The position numbers and the translations under genes are program-made. This document shows positions 8,577 to 17,670 of a stretch of 63,073 bases of DNA, one piece after another. Below the pieces are notes generated by a model. The model worked only from the letters and a program-made list of their open reading frames with translations. It ran no database searches and had not been told where the DNA came from. The DNA comes from a virus (Duplodnaviria > Caudoviricetes). Numbering within the stretch: the first letter of the stretch is position 1; each line of letters starts with the position of its first letter. Location: the IMG/VR virus record IMGVR_UViG_3300043449_000393, positions 1 to 63,073 of that record; one strand, 5' to 3'.

Positions 8577-10045
8577 GTGTAGGCGTACTTGACCTTCTTG
8601 ACTTCCCGCTTGCCGGTCTGCAGTCCAGCCCCCCGAACGTTCATGTCGATCACCGAATCGGCGTACTGGTTGGCATCGTGGACGTGCGAAAACGCGTTTT
8701 TGTCCGGCTTGTCCTCCATCTCGCCGCTCTTCTTGATCTTGTACCGGTATCCGTACCGGAACCCCTTGATCAGCTGGTAGCATTTTGGGTCAATGAGGTA
8801 CATCGCCTTGCCCTCCAACTGTTGTACAAGCAAGCGCTCGACGGCTTGGATGCGCTTCTCCGGATCGTTGGACGGAGGCCGCACGCACTTGAACCCAGCC
8901 TGCTTAACGATATCGACCAGCGACATCTCGCCGGACTGCTGCTTGGCGTACCCAGCAGGGTCTGGAGCCACGAGGAAAGTGCAACCTTGCAGGTTGTTGG
9001 CCACGTATGGGTTCAGCTTTGTGCGCAAAAACGTCTCGATACCCATGTTCTCCGACGTCAGCTCACCCAGAGTCACGACGCGCCCGCGTGGATCACGCTG
9101 CTTGAACACTGCCGCTGGCGTGCGCCCGAAATCCAGCCCGATGATCACTGGGTAGTCTTGGCTCTTGATCGCCTTGAGCGGCTCCTTGGCCACGTGAAAG
9201 TCATGTGTGTATGTCTTCTCGTACACCGGTGTGCCCGACAGGCTGCGACCGTACTCCGAGCGCAGATACACACGTAGCCAGTCTTCTGTTTTGCCCGGGA
9301 TGATGTTGGGGTAGTACTGCTTGGGCAGGTGGTTGTAGTTGTCGCACTCCGGGTTCACGGCCCACTCGTTGTCGTCCTTGTCCAGCAGGAGCTCAGGCGC
9401 TTCTTCCCCGAACTTCTCGAGGTACACGTCCGGCTTGATGATTGCAGGCGGCTGCTTGTACACCTCCCAGTTCGATGGCGGGTTCTCCATCTTGTCGTGC
9501 CACCACGTGTCTTCGTCTGGCATGTTGGTATCGAACAGCGCACATGACCGGGTGGGCCCACCGTCCTTGGCCGACGGGTATCGGTTCAGACGCGACAGCA
9601 GGCCGTCAACAACCTCACTGTTGAGCTCTCGGCTCTCGTTGCCCCACAAGAACGTGGTCTCCAGCGACAGCGCTTTTCGCACGTCGTCCGGTGTGTCCAG
9701 CGGGATGAAAATCCATTCGGACTCCACCTGTGTTCCGTCTGGCAGTTTGGCCATCAGGATGAACGTTTTCTCCACGGCCTTCCAGATACCCGCCTCACCC
9801 GGCGGCAGCCAGTCGAACACCGTCTTTCGAGTCGTCAGGGCCAGCTGATCTGCCGTGTTACGCACGATGATCGCCCGAGTCCGGCGAACGCCCTTGGCGT
9901 TGGGCGATTGACCGCATGCCAGTCGCACCAGCTCATGTACACACGTGACGGACTTACCGCCACCGACCGGCCCGGCCAGAACTCGCACGTAGGCTTCGTC
10001 CAGCATGAAGTTCCGCTGGGTCTCTGTCGGTTTGTAGTTGCTCAC
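8573..10045 (-). CDS. terL: Terminase large subunit
   Basis: Walker A GPVGGGKS, Walker B FLWGNE, DTN coupling motif, nuclease IGLDFG and SHVHDA. Confidence 0.95.
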   Translation of the reverse strand: MSNYKPTETQRNFMLDEAYVRVLAGPVGGGKSVTCVHELVRLACGQSPNAKGVRRTRAIIVRNTADQLALTTRKTVFDWLPPGEAGIWKAVEKTFILMAKLPDGTQVESEWIFIPLDTPDDVRKALSLETTFLWGNESRELNSEVVDGLLSRLNRYPSAKDGGPTRSCALFDTNMPDEDTWWHDKMENPPSNWEVYKQPPAIIKPDVYLEKFGEEAPELLLDKDDNEWAVNPECDNYNHLPKQYYPNIIPGKTEDWLRVYLRSEYGRSLSGTPVYEKTYTHDFHVAKEPLKAIKSQDYPVIIGLDFGRTPAAVFKQRDPRGRVVTLGELTSENMGIETFLRTKLNPYVANNLQGCTFLVAPDPAGYAKQQSGEMSLVDIVKQAGFKCVRPPSNDPEKRIQAVERLLVQQLEGKAMYLIDPKCYQLIKGFRYGYRYKIKKSGEMEDKPDKNAFSHVHDANQYADSVIDMNVRGAGLQTGKREVKKVKYAYT

Positions 10046-10572
10046 TTAATCTCCTTGACCTCTGCATCTACTGGACTCACGTCCACCAGTGTAACGGGAG
10101 TCAGGGTCTGCTGGTTGCTTAAAGATATGGACTGGCCACCGCCCAAGTCGATGCTGATACTGAACCCCGGCCCAGTGTCCTTGATCTTTTCCTCCTTGGG
10201 CTCCAGACCTGCGGCCTTGATAAGCGTCTTGAGGACTTCATGCTTCTGGTTCAGGCTTGCATCCGTGCCCGACGCCTGTACGTACACCTGATCAAGCAAC
10301 TCACCGGCCATCCACGCCGCCTTAGCTTTGAACGTGACGCCGTTTTTCTCGAACTCAGACCGCTTGACCTGAACTTGCAGCTGGAACCAAGGCTGGGCCT
10401 CCAGCTCCTTGAACTTCTCCACGCTCATGCCGTGACGGGCGGCCACAACGAGCTCATCTTCCATGCCGAGGGCTATGGACGACACCATCTCATCGCTGAT
10501 CTGCGGAAACGAGACGGTCGAATGCTTGTAGTCCAACGGTACGTCATCCAAGGAGTAATCATCCAGCGACAT
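10042..10572 (-). CDS. terS: Probable terminase small subunit
   Basis: Immediately upstream of terL with overlapping stop/start; helical; GFSISIDLG C-terminal strand; GGAGG SD. Confidence 0.65.
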   Translation of the reverse strand: MSLDDYSLDDVPLDYKHSTVSFPQISDEMVSSIALGMEDELVVAARHGMSVEKFKELEAQPWFQLQVQVKRSEFEKNGVTFKAKAAWMAGELLDQVYVQASGTDASLNQKHEVLKTLIKAAGLEPKEEKIKDTGPGFSISIDLGGGQSISLSNQQTLTPVTLVDVSPVDAEVKEIK

Positions 10573-10732
10573 TTGCTGCCTCCGCCAAGCGTTTTTCGTG
10601 AGCTTCCACCGCCTGCAGGTACTTTTCGAGGGCGATTCTGACCACATCGGCAGCCGGAACACGCTTTTTTGCGGCCAATTTCTTGGTTTTTTCCAGCAGT
10701 TCATCGTCCAAAAAGAGGTTCCAGCGCTTCAT
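10559..10732 (-). CDS. Ribbon-helix-helix (CopG/Arc-like) DNA-binding protein, 57 aa, absent from the ORF track
   Basis: MKRWNLFLDDELLEKTKKLAAKKRVPAADVVRIALEKYL...; AAGGA SD; alternating beta strand then two helices. Confidence 0.85.
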   Translation of the reverse strand: MKRWNLFLDDELLEKTKKLAAKKRVPAADVVRIALEKYLQAVEAHEKRLAEAANVAG

Positions 10733-10759
10733 TTTTTGTCCTTTTTCGGGAGTTTTGAG

Positions 10760-10779
10760 GTGTGTATACGCACATTCTA
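10760..10779 (-). promoter_or_regulatory. -10 box followed by a near-palindromic operator-like site
   Basis: TAGAAT (10779-10774) then GTGCGTATACACAC, upstream of the RHH/terminase operon. Confidence 0.5.
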
Positions 10780-10908
10780 GGGGTTTTTTTAATTTTTTGG
10801 GGCGATTTTACGGGGTGGCGGGGGTAATTTTAGTACTTTTGTTACTAAATAACGTGTGTATGTCGTTAATTTTGGGCATGCTGTGAACGCGGGTCGTAGG
10901 CGGTGGCC

Positions 10909-10942
10909 GGGGCGGGGTGGGGTGTGGGGGGCCTGCCGGGGG
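10909..10942 (+). other. G-run cluster (G-quadruplex motif) at the late/early divergence
   Basis: GGGG-C-GGGG-T-GGGG-TGT-GGGGGG-CCTGCC-GGGGG. Confidence 0.6.
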
Positions 10943-10984
10943 TGGTCGGCTATCAAGGATGCCTAAGTTGTAGGGGCCCTGAGT

Positions 10985-11425
10985 TATCAAGGTTGCCTAC
11001 ATTGTGACGGTGATCGCACCGTCTCGCCCCGCCAAGTGTAGGTGACTTGTGCCGGTATCAATCGCATGGTGTAAACCATCGCGGTCATGCTGGGCAACAT
11101 GGGTCAAGTGCATGGGGACTCGATCATTAAAAATCCATATTGGAATCTCCCTTGGTGACGCGAGGGATGGGTGCGAAATAGTCTAAGACACCCTGACAGC
11201 ATCCGGCACTTCATGTGACGGCTAAGCCCGATACCCATTGCAAGCGTATCACCGGGCACTGCGATGCAGACAAACGGTAAGAGTCCGTTGAGCATAGGCC
11301 TGACAGAAAGGTGTCAGCAAGTAGCGCCGACTTAAACGGGCGATGAGGTATCCGACGCACCAAGACCAGCAAGCCGTAAGCCCCACGCAAGTGGGCTTCA
11401 GTGTGTAGTCAACCGATTACACATC
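10985..11425 (+). ncRNA. Candidate large structured RNA / early leader
   Basis: About ten local hairpins, GNRA loops, two long-range closing helices; no credible ORF. Confidence 0.5.
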
Positions 11426-11454
11426 CAAGTCCATTCAACCAACGAAAGAAATCT

Positions 11455-11901
11455 ATGTCCAATCAAGTTACAGTCCAAGACCTGCAAGTGTCCATCTACA
11501 ACAATGCCGCCAACGGTGGATTGGTCACAATGAGCGCTAAAAAATCAGGCTCATTCGCTCGTGCTATTGCTTTTGGTAATCGCGAAGCCAGAACCAACCT
11601 TGCCGCAGGCATGATGGTGACCCAACTGCAAAATGGTCAGTATCGCCCAATGGTGACTGACATCCTGACCTGCGGTCTGATTCCCAAAGCCAACTTGGAC
11701 TGGGTGTCTGCGTCCATTCCAGCGACTGGCCCAATCAACAAGGATATGCTCGTTGGCCTGTGCAAGCAAGTCAAGCAAGTGTATGACACCAAGCGCACCA
11801 AGTCCGGCGACCCTGTGGTGCTCAAAGGCGAAAAGGCCTTCGTGTTCAACTTCATCAAGGCCATTGTCGATGACGTCACCGAGACTACCGTTGACGCCTG
11901 A
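11455..11901 (+). CDS. First early-region hypothetical protein
   Basis: 148 aa ORF with phage-like codon usage. Confidence 0.75.
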   Translation: MSNQVTVQDLQVSIYNNAANGGLVTMSAKKSGSFARAIAFGNREARTNLAAGMMVTQLQNGQYRPMVTDILTCGLIPKANLDWVSASIPATGPINKDMLVGLCKQVKQVYDTKRTKSGDPVVLKGEKAFVFNFIKAIVDDVTETTVDA

Positions 11902-11918
11902 TGCTTTTGTTCCCTCTG

Positions 11919-12305
11919 CTCCCTGCGTACGCAGGGAGTGTAACATGGTTTTTGTCCATGTGAACATACACACGTACGAATAATCCAAGAAATTTAGCTT
12001 GGATAGTAGCCTTGGATTTTAGGAAACCCAATAACCATGCGGGTTTGCAGGGGTCTACTAGACAATAATCCAATAATCCAAGAATTTACATGACTCACGC
12101 AGGTGAGACGTGTTGCGGGTCATGGGGACTGCGAGCGCGAACAAAAAACAAAGTCCCAAAAACCCCTGACCCTTTTCAGAATTCTTGGATTATTGGATTA
12201 TTCGGCAAGGGTAAACCCTAACCCCCCTCGCCAAGCCAGTATTCATGCGGGTTTCAAGGCATACACACCTTGACTCCAACTATCCAAGCCCATCCCGTTT
12301 TGGAT
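11919..12305. repeat. Inverted/direct repeat cluster, candidate replication origin
   Basis: 20-bp palindrome 11919-11938; 23-bp IR 12064-12086/12180-12202; 11-bp IR 11997-12007/12279-12289; CATGCGGGTTT at 12036 and 12244. Confidence 0.7.
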
Positions 12306-12349
12306 TTCATCCCGTCCATTTTGTCTTTTAACCCACGAAAGGAACGACC

Positions 12350-12517
12350 ATGCAACATACACACCAACACTTCGTGTACACATACACACCCAATGGAGAC
12401 CTCGACGACGAGCCCTTCGTGTTCGAGTCCGACGTACATACACACATCAATCCGTTCGAGACTGATGACCCTGAGGTGGCCTATCATGAATACTTGGCCG
12501 AGCGCTTCAGCCGATAA
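12350..12517 (+). CDS. Small acidic early protein, 55 aa, absent from the ORF track
   Basis: AAAGGA SD; MQHTHQHFVYTYTPNGDLDDEPFVFESD...LAERFSR. Confidence 0.6.
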   Translation: MQHTHQHFVYTYTPNGDLDDEPFVFESDVHTHINPFETDDPEVAYHEYLAERFSR

Positions 12518-12545
12518 CGTACACATACACACCAAGGAAACAAAG

Positions 12546-12737
12546 ATGTCACCACTCACTATTCGCATTGAGCTCAAGGACCAGTATGGCAAGCAGGTTG
12601 CATATCCAGTGTGCGACAACGCCAAGACATTCTCAGACATTGCAGGCACCAAGGTGCTCACAGACATGACCCTGATGCGGATAGCCGCATTGGGCTACAC
12701 GATCATCACAACCCAACGTGAATGGAGACAGCCATGA
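12546..12737 (+). CDS. Small early hypothetical protein
   Basis: AAGGA SD; YGKQVAYPVC...AGTKVLT. Confidence 0.7.
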   Translation: MSPLTIRIELKDQYGKQVAYPVCDNAKTFSDIAGTKVLTDMTLMRIAALGYTIITTQREWRQP

Positions 12738-12947
12738 CCAGACACACAGAACATGGGAGCATCCCGTCCGTATGGCAAGACGATGGCTTCGGTAACTTGG
12801 AGCGCATCACATTTAAACAGCTGATTGCCCGTATCGAATCGGGCTGGAGGGAGTTATGACCTACACAAAACTGTGCATTGCATGGTTGATCGCCTACTGT
12901 GTGGGCATCGGCGTTGTGCTGTTAGATATGCTCGTATGGAGACCGGG

Positions 12948-13214
12948 ATGATTAACCGAGTAATACATGGCAAACGCTACTGGATGGTGCCGTCCATCAA
13001 ACATCACACAGGGTCAGGAACATGCGTCCACTGCGTATTCCACAACCCAGCAAACGAGGACTGTGAGTTAGTGGACAGAGACAAAACTGGGCGGTACGAA
13101 GACTCAAACCTCATTGGGTGCAACCCAGCACAAGGCACTGAGGACTACATCTTCATCCCACGCACCAAGGCAGCATTGGCAGCTTATGCCGCACACAAAC
13201 TGGAGGGCGTATGA
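12948..13214 (+). CDS. Small Cys-containing early protein
   Basis: GGAG SD; CxxC plus further Cys; ATGA coupling to the next gene. Confidence 0.6.
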   Translation: MINRVIHGKRYWMVPSIKHHTGSGTCVHCVFHNPANEDCELVDRDKTGRYEDSNLIGCNPAQGTEDYIFIPRTKAALAAYAAHKLEGV

Positions 13215-13450
13215 AATGGGACGACGCATTCAAAGGCGGCCACGAATGCTACGCATGGTATGACCTGCTGGCTGGCGATGGCACTGACAAAGACGACCTG
13301 CTTGGGTACGTCAGGGAGAACCTCGTCACTGGTGAGTTCATGGCCCAGATCAACGACAGACTCCAACCCACCCGGAAGTTCAACAACCTTGAGGACGCCA
13401 AGGCGCACATCGTCACCTACTACGTGACGCAGAAGCTGGAGGGCGAATGA
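13211..13450 (+). CDS. Small early protein with F-x5-AxA C-terminal helix
   Basis: ATGA-coupled; KFNNLEDAKAHI. Confidence 0.7.
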   Translation: MKWDDAFKGGHECYAWYDLLAGDGTDKDDLLGYVRENLVTGEFMAQINDRLQPTRKFNNLEDAKAHIVTYYVTQKLEGE

Positions 13451-13722
13451 AATTCATATGGGAGAACGGCGAGGTGTACTGTCGTTGCACCGTACGCCCC
13501 AAGGTACGCATCACCACCAAGGAGTGGGCGGGTAATCTCAAACCCATGTGGGTCGATGCTGTTGGGTTTATACGTATCTACGACGACGGCCTGTGTACGG
13601 GCAATTTGTACGGCACGGTATCAGACGCGCACCCTAAGAAATTTGCACACCTCGACCAAGCCAAGGCATGGGTGGAAGAGCAAGCGCTCATAGGGTTAAC
13701 CCTCAACAAACTAACACGCTAA
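13447..13722 (+). CDS. Small early protein with F-x5-AxA C-terminal helix
   Basis: ATGA-coupled; KFAHLDQAKAWV. Confidence 0.7.
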   Translation: MKFIWENGEVYCRCTVRPKVRITTKEWAGNLKPMWVDAVGFIRIYDDGLCTGNLYGTVSDAHPKKFAHLDQAKAWVEEQALIGLTLNKLTR

Positions 13723-13881
13723 CGTGTAGATGTGTAAGGACTGCGTAAGTCACATACACACAATGGGTGTGAGTTCAATTCACACCCTTACCAACCAAAT
13801 TCAGGCTACCCCATCGTCCATGCGTCACGCTTGGGGGCAGGCATCCAGACGCACACATCATCAATCCATATAGGAATCATC

Positions 13882-14880
13882 ATGCGTTACAGCAACATCA
13901 AAACATCCGTGCTCTCTCAGTTCCAAGTCGACGGTGGCAATGCCGTCGTGCCATTCATCCTCGGTGCTCCCGGCGGTGGCAAGTCAGCCTGTGCTCGTGA
14001 CATTGTGCAATCCCTTGGCATCGAGAATGTCGTCGAGTTCACTGCGTCACTGCGTGACCCTGTCGACGTGCTTGGCGTGCCTGACAACACTGGCGAGTAC
14101 ACACGCTGGGTTCCACCCCAAGAGTTCTACAACCTGCGCCAAGGTGTCGGTCGATCAGCACTCATTCTGGAGGAACTGTCGGATGCGCCTGTGCCAATGC
14201 AGAACGCGCTGTGCGGTGTTATCTACGATCGTCGTGCTGGCAACCTCAAGCTGTCTGACGAGCTGTTCATCATCGCCACTGGCAACCGCACCGAGGACAA
14301 GTCAGGTGCCAACCGCATCACATCCAAGCTGGCCAACCGCACACGACGCTTTGACTTCCAAGAGAACATCGACGACTGGACCGAGTGGGCGCTCGGTCGT
14401 GACATTGACCCTGTGTTGATTCAGTTCCTGCGCTTCCGTCCCGGCCTGCTGTCCGACTTCAGCGCTGACCGCTTCGCTAACCCTACGCCTCGTGCGTGGG
14501 AGCGTGTCAACCTCATCCCATCGACGCTCGACTCTGGCCTGTTCTTCGACAACTGCGCTGGTGAGGTAGGCGAGGGTGCAGCTGCTGAGTACACAGGCTT
14601 CAAGCGTATCTACGAGAGCCTTCCTTCGATGGAGGAAATTTTGATGGACCCAAACAAAGCCGAGGTGCCACAAGACCCTGCGACTCTGTATGCTACAATG
14701 GGGGCTCTTGCACGCAAGACCACCAAAGACAACGCTGATCGTGCGTTCGCATACCTCGAACGTGTGTCTCCTGAGTTCCGTGTTATGTGTGTCAAGGACG
14801 TTATCAAGCTGGAGCCCAAAGTGAAACACTCGCGTGCTTTTGTAAACTGGGCTTCTAAAAATGCAGAAGTTTTAATGTAA
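13882..14880 (+). CDS. MoxR/dynein-related AAA+ ATPase
   Basis: Walker A GAPGGGKS, Walker B LILEE, sensor I IATGN, Arg finger LANR, PTPRAWE. Confidence 0.9.
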   Translation: MRYSNIKTSVLSQFQVDGGNAVVPFILGAPGGGKSACARDIVQSLGIENVVEFTASLRDPVDVLGVPDNTGEYTRWVPPQEFYNLRQGVGRSALILEELSDAPVPMQNALCGVIYDRRAGNLKLSDELFIIATGNRTEDKSGANRITSKLANRTRRFDFQENIDDWTEWALGRDIDPVLIQFLRFRPGLLSDFSADRFANPTPRAWERVNLIPSTLDSGLFFDNCAGEVGEGAAAEYTGFKRIYESLPSMEEILMDPNKAEVPQDPATLYATMGALARKTTKDNADRAFAYLERVSPEFRVMCVKDVIKLEPKVKHSRAFVNWASKNAEVLM

Positions 14881-14890
14881 AGGTACTACT

Positions 14891-15484
14891 ATGAAACCGC
14901 ACGACCTGACAGGCCAGACGTTCAACCGGCTTACCGTACTTTCTAGGTACGGCAAAACAAAAAGTGGCGACATTGTTTGGCTATGTCAGTGTTCATGCGG
15001 TAAAGAAACCACAGGGCCTGCATCAAAAATAAAAGTCGGAGCAGTTAAAAGTTGCGGCTGTTTAATCTCTGACACTGTTCGAGAGCGGCTTACCAAACAC
15101 GGCAAGTCCCGCACCAAGGAATACCATATTTGGTTTCACATGAAGACTAGGTGTTACGACAAAAATAACTCAGAGTACAAAAACTATGGCGGTCGTGGCA
15201 TCACTATCTGCGACCGATGGAAAGACAACTTTGAAAACTTTTTGTCTGACATGGGAAAGTCCCCAGCTGGCAAATTTTTAGACAGAAAGGACAACGATGG
15301 AAACTACGAACCTGATAACTGCCGATGGGTTACTCGCATCGAAAATAACAATAACCGGCGCAACTCCGTCAAGTATTTTGGTATGTCCATAACCGAGATC
15401 GCCAATAACTTGGGTGTTACCCACGACGTCATGAAGTCTAGGTTCAAGCGAAACCCAGATTTGTATGTGGATGTTGTCTTATGA
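14891..15484 (+). CDS. HNH homing endonuclease
   Basis: DLTGQTFNRLTV, CxCxCG, YGGRGITICDRW, LDRKDNDGNYEPDNCRW; AT-richer than flanks. Confidence 0.88.
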   Translation: MKPHDLTGQTFNRLTVLSRYGKTKSGDIVWLCQCSCGKETTGPASKIKVGAVKSCGCLISDTVRERLTKHGKSRTKEYHIWFHMKTRCYDKNNSEYKNYGGRGITICDRWKDNFENFLSDMGKSPAGKFLDRKDNDGNYEPDNCRWVTRIENNNNRRNSVKYFGMSITEIANNLGVTHDVMKSRFKRNPDLYVDVVL

Positions 15485-15786
15485 GCGTGTCCTTCACCAA
15501 CTACAGGTGGGAGCCATCGAATGTCCGCAAGGGTGATCGGTACTACTACAAGCGCGACAGAGTGTATGTATTCCCCGGAACGCAGTCACGCAAACCTGAA
15601 GAGCAAGTAATAGCTACCGTCACCTACGACGACAACTCCAAGTCACCTCATTGGGGCAGGTGGCACGTCACCATCGGCGCTCAGTCACCTGAGCTCAACG
15701 CACTGCGCCTGTCGGACATACCCAAGTTCAGCAGCAAGGATGACGCCATCGCTTGGACAACAGCAATGGTGAGGCTAAGCATATGA
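15481..15786 (+). CDS. Small early protein with F-x5-AxA C-terminal helix
   Basis: KFSSKDDAIAWT; ATGA-coupled. Confidence 0.7.
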   Translation: MSVSFTNYRWEPSNVRKGDRYYYKRDRVYVFPGTQSRKPEEQVIATVTYDDNSKSPHWGRWHVTIGAQSPELNALRLSDIPKFSSKDDAIAWTTAMVRLSI

Positions 15787-16073
15787 GATACGTCTGGGAA
15801 GAAGATCTGCTGCCCGACATAAACTTTAAGTGGGCGGTAGAGCACCACCTCAAGAAGGTCTGGGACAAAGACCCCTTGGAGAAGCAGTTCGCCATCCCAC
15901 TGCGCGGCGTATGGAAAGTCACCGTGGCATGGGTCACCAAGATCGGCGATCGCAAGTGGCTCTGCCAATTCGTCAACAAACACGACGAGGGCCGGACGTT
16001 CCGCTCTCTGAAAGCAGCCAAGGCATACGCCGTGGCAATCATCACACTGGAGAATACAAATGACCATCTCTAA
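15783..16073 (+). CDS. Small early protein with F-x5-AxA C-terminal helix
   Basis: TFRSLKAAKAYA; ATGA-coupled. Confidence 0.65.
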   Translation: MRYVWEEDLLPDINFKWAVEHHLKKVWDKDPLEKQFAIPLRGVWKVTVAWVTKIGDRKWLCQFVNKHDEGRTFRSLKAAKAYAVAIITLENTNDHL

Positions 16074-16932
16074 ACTCTCAGACAAGGCAGTTCTCGTGAA
16101 GCTGACGATTCGTCGTGCAGCACTCACTCGCCGTGACCACGGGCTTACAGCAACCTTACAAGCTCAGGAGAACGACAAGTCGCTCACTGTGTTGACCAAG
16201 TTGTTCCGCAATCGCGAGTCGCCCATCAATCAGATCATGGCCAAGTATGGCGAGGTCTATGCGTATCACAAGAAGAACACTCTGCCTTACGTCGACGCTG
16301 GCCCACGCATCCTGCCAAACGATATGTACTTCGAGTACACACAGGAGATGAAGCATCGCATCGCTTCGGTGGACAACTTGCTTGACACCTACATGCCCAT
16401 GTATGACCAGCTTGTGCTTGACGACGTGATGTATCGCAACAGTGGCAGTGCAGCTGGCCGAGCCAACACAGACGAGTACCCCAGTTCCGAGGACTTCAAG
16501 CTGTCCATGTCAGCCGAGCTTCGGTTCCAGCCCATGCCCGATGCGTCGCACTTCCTGTTCGACCTGAGCGATGAGGACGTTGAGTCGTTCAAGCGTGCAG
16601 AGCAAGAAGCTGCTGCCCAAGCCAACGCCGATGCGATCAACCGGATGCTCAAGCCCATGGGTGCGCTGGTCACACGGCTCAAGGAATACCAAGGCGGACA
16701 GAAGGAACGCTTCCACAACAGCTTGATCGACAACGTGATCGAGGGCTGTGACATGGCCAAGAAGTTGGCAATCAACCCGACACCGGAGTTGCTCGCTGAG
16801 ATCGAAGGCATCAAGACCCTTGCTGGTTCCATCTTGGATACGGTAGAGATTGTCAAGGGTTCAGCCAATGCACGAGCCAAGGCCAAGGCAGACCTCGATG
16901 CTGTGGCAAGCAAGCTGGCTGGGTTCTACTGA
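16060..16932 (+). CDS. DUF3150-like helical protein associated with the AAA+/vWA pair
   Basis: HKKNTLPY...GPRILP, DEYPS motifs; lies between the ATPase and the vWA gene. Confidence 0.6.
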   Translation: MTISKLSDKAVLVKLTIRRAALTRRDHGLTATLQAQENDKSLTVLTKLFRNRESPINQIMAKYGEVYAYHKKNTLPYVDAGPRILPNDMYFEYTQEMKHRIASVDNLLDTYMPMYDQLVLDDVMYRNSGSAAGRANTDEYPSSEDFKLSMSAELRFQPMPDASHFLFDLSDEDVESFKRAEQEAAAQANADAINRMLKPMGALVTRLKEYQGGQKERFHNSLIDNVIEGCDMAKKLAINPTPELLAEIEGIKTLAGSILDTVEIVKGSANARAKAKADLDAVASKLAGFY

Positions 16933-17126
16933 TGTTCACCGACCTCGAGTACATCCTGATGGTCGCAGTAGCTGTGCTGCTGTGGCGTAACCAGTCCATG
17001 AAAACGTGGGCTATGTATGAAAAGTACAGGGCTAACAAGTACGCCAACTGGCTGGTTGGTGTGTACGAAAAGAAAGGAAAGATTGTGCAGAAAGACGACG
17101 GATACTTTTTTGAGGAGATCAAATGA
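16932..17126 (+). CDS. Small membrane-anchored protein
   Basis: N-terminal hydrophobic stretch YILMVAVAVLLW. Confidence 0.6.
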   Translation: MFTDLEYILMVAVAVLLWRNQSMKTWAMYEKYRANKYANWLVGVYEKKGKIVQKDDGYFFEEIK

Positions 17127-17668
17127 GCAACATGAACAACAACGAACGGGGGCGTATCACTGGTATGCCCGGCACCGAGACAACGGTAACGCTGTACCCA
17201 CAGCGGCTAGGTGTGAGGATGCGTAACAACATCATCCGCATGATCGAGAACCGTTTCATCACAGGTGGCTGGAGCTCGGGGTCAGCCAAACTAGCAAGGG
17301 CGTTAGCCGTCAAGTACCAGCTGCAGGTTAGCAACAACCGCTGGAACGGCATGCGAATCATGGGCATTACCTCGAGCGCTGCTCCACTGGTATCTGAGAT
17401 TGTGCAAGCCGACTTCACCGCATGGATACTGGAGAATCCAGATTACGCCGCCAACAATTACTACAAGAACGACATGGTATCAAGCATGCGAAACGCCAAT
17501 TCGCTCAACCCGGATTTCTATGTCAGCTTACGCGAGAAAGAGTCTATCCGTAAGGTTTTAGAAATCTTGACAGAGCACACTACACAGGAGACTAAAGACA
17601 AAGCAATGCAAGTAGCCAACCTGCTCAGAGGCACTGAGCCAATCCACCTCATCACTTTTCAGGAGTAA
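17123..17668 (+). CDS. Hypothetical protein
   Basis: GAGGAG SD, 181 aa, coupled to the upstream gene. Confidence 0.7.
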   Translation: MSNMNNNERGRITGMPGTETTVTLYPQRLGVRMRNNIIRMIENRFITGGWSSGSAKLARALAVKYQLQVSNNRWNGMRIMGITSSAAPLVSEIVQADFTAWILENPDYAANNYYKNDMVSSMRNANSLNPDFYVSLREKESIRKVLEILTEHTTQETKDKAMQVANLLRGTEPIHLITFQE

Positions 17669-17670
17669 TC

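Noticed and set aside
11960-12535. CRISPR or mini-array from the repeated motifs
   Set aside because: Repeats are only 10-23 nt, irregularly spaced, in mixed orientation. The Cas4-like nuclease is a standard phage replication gene.
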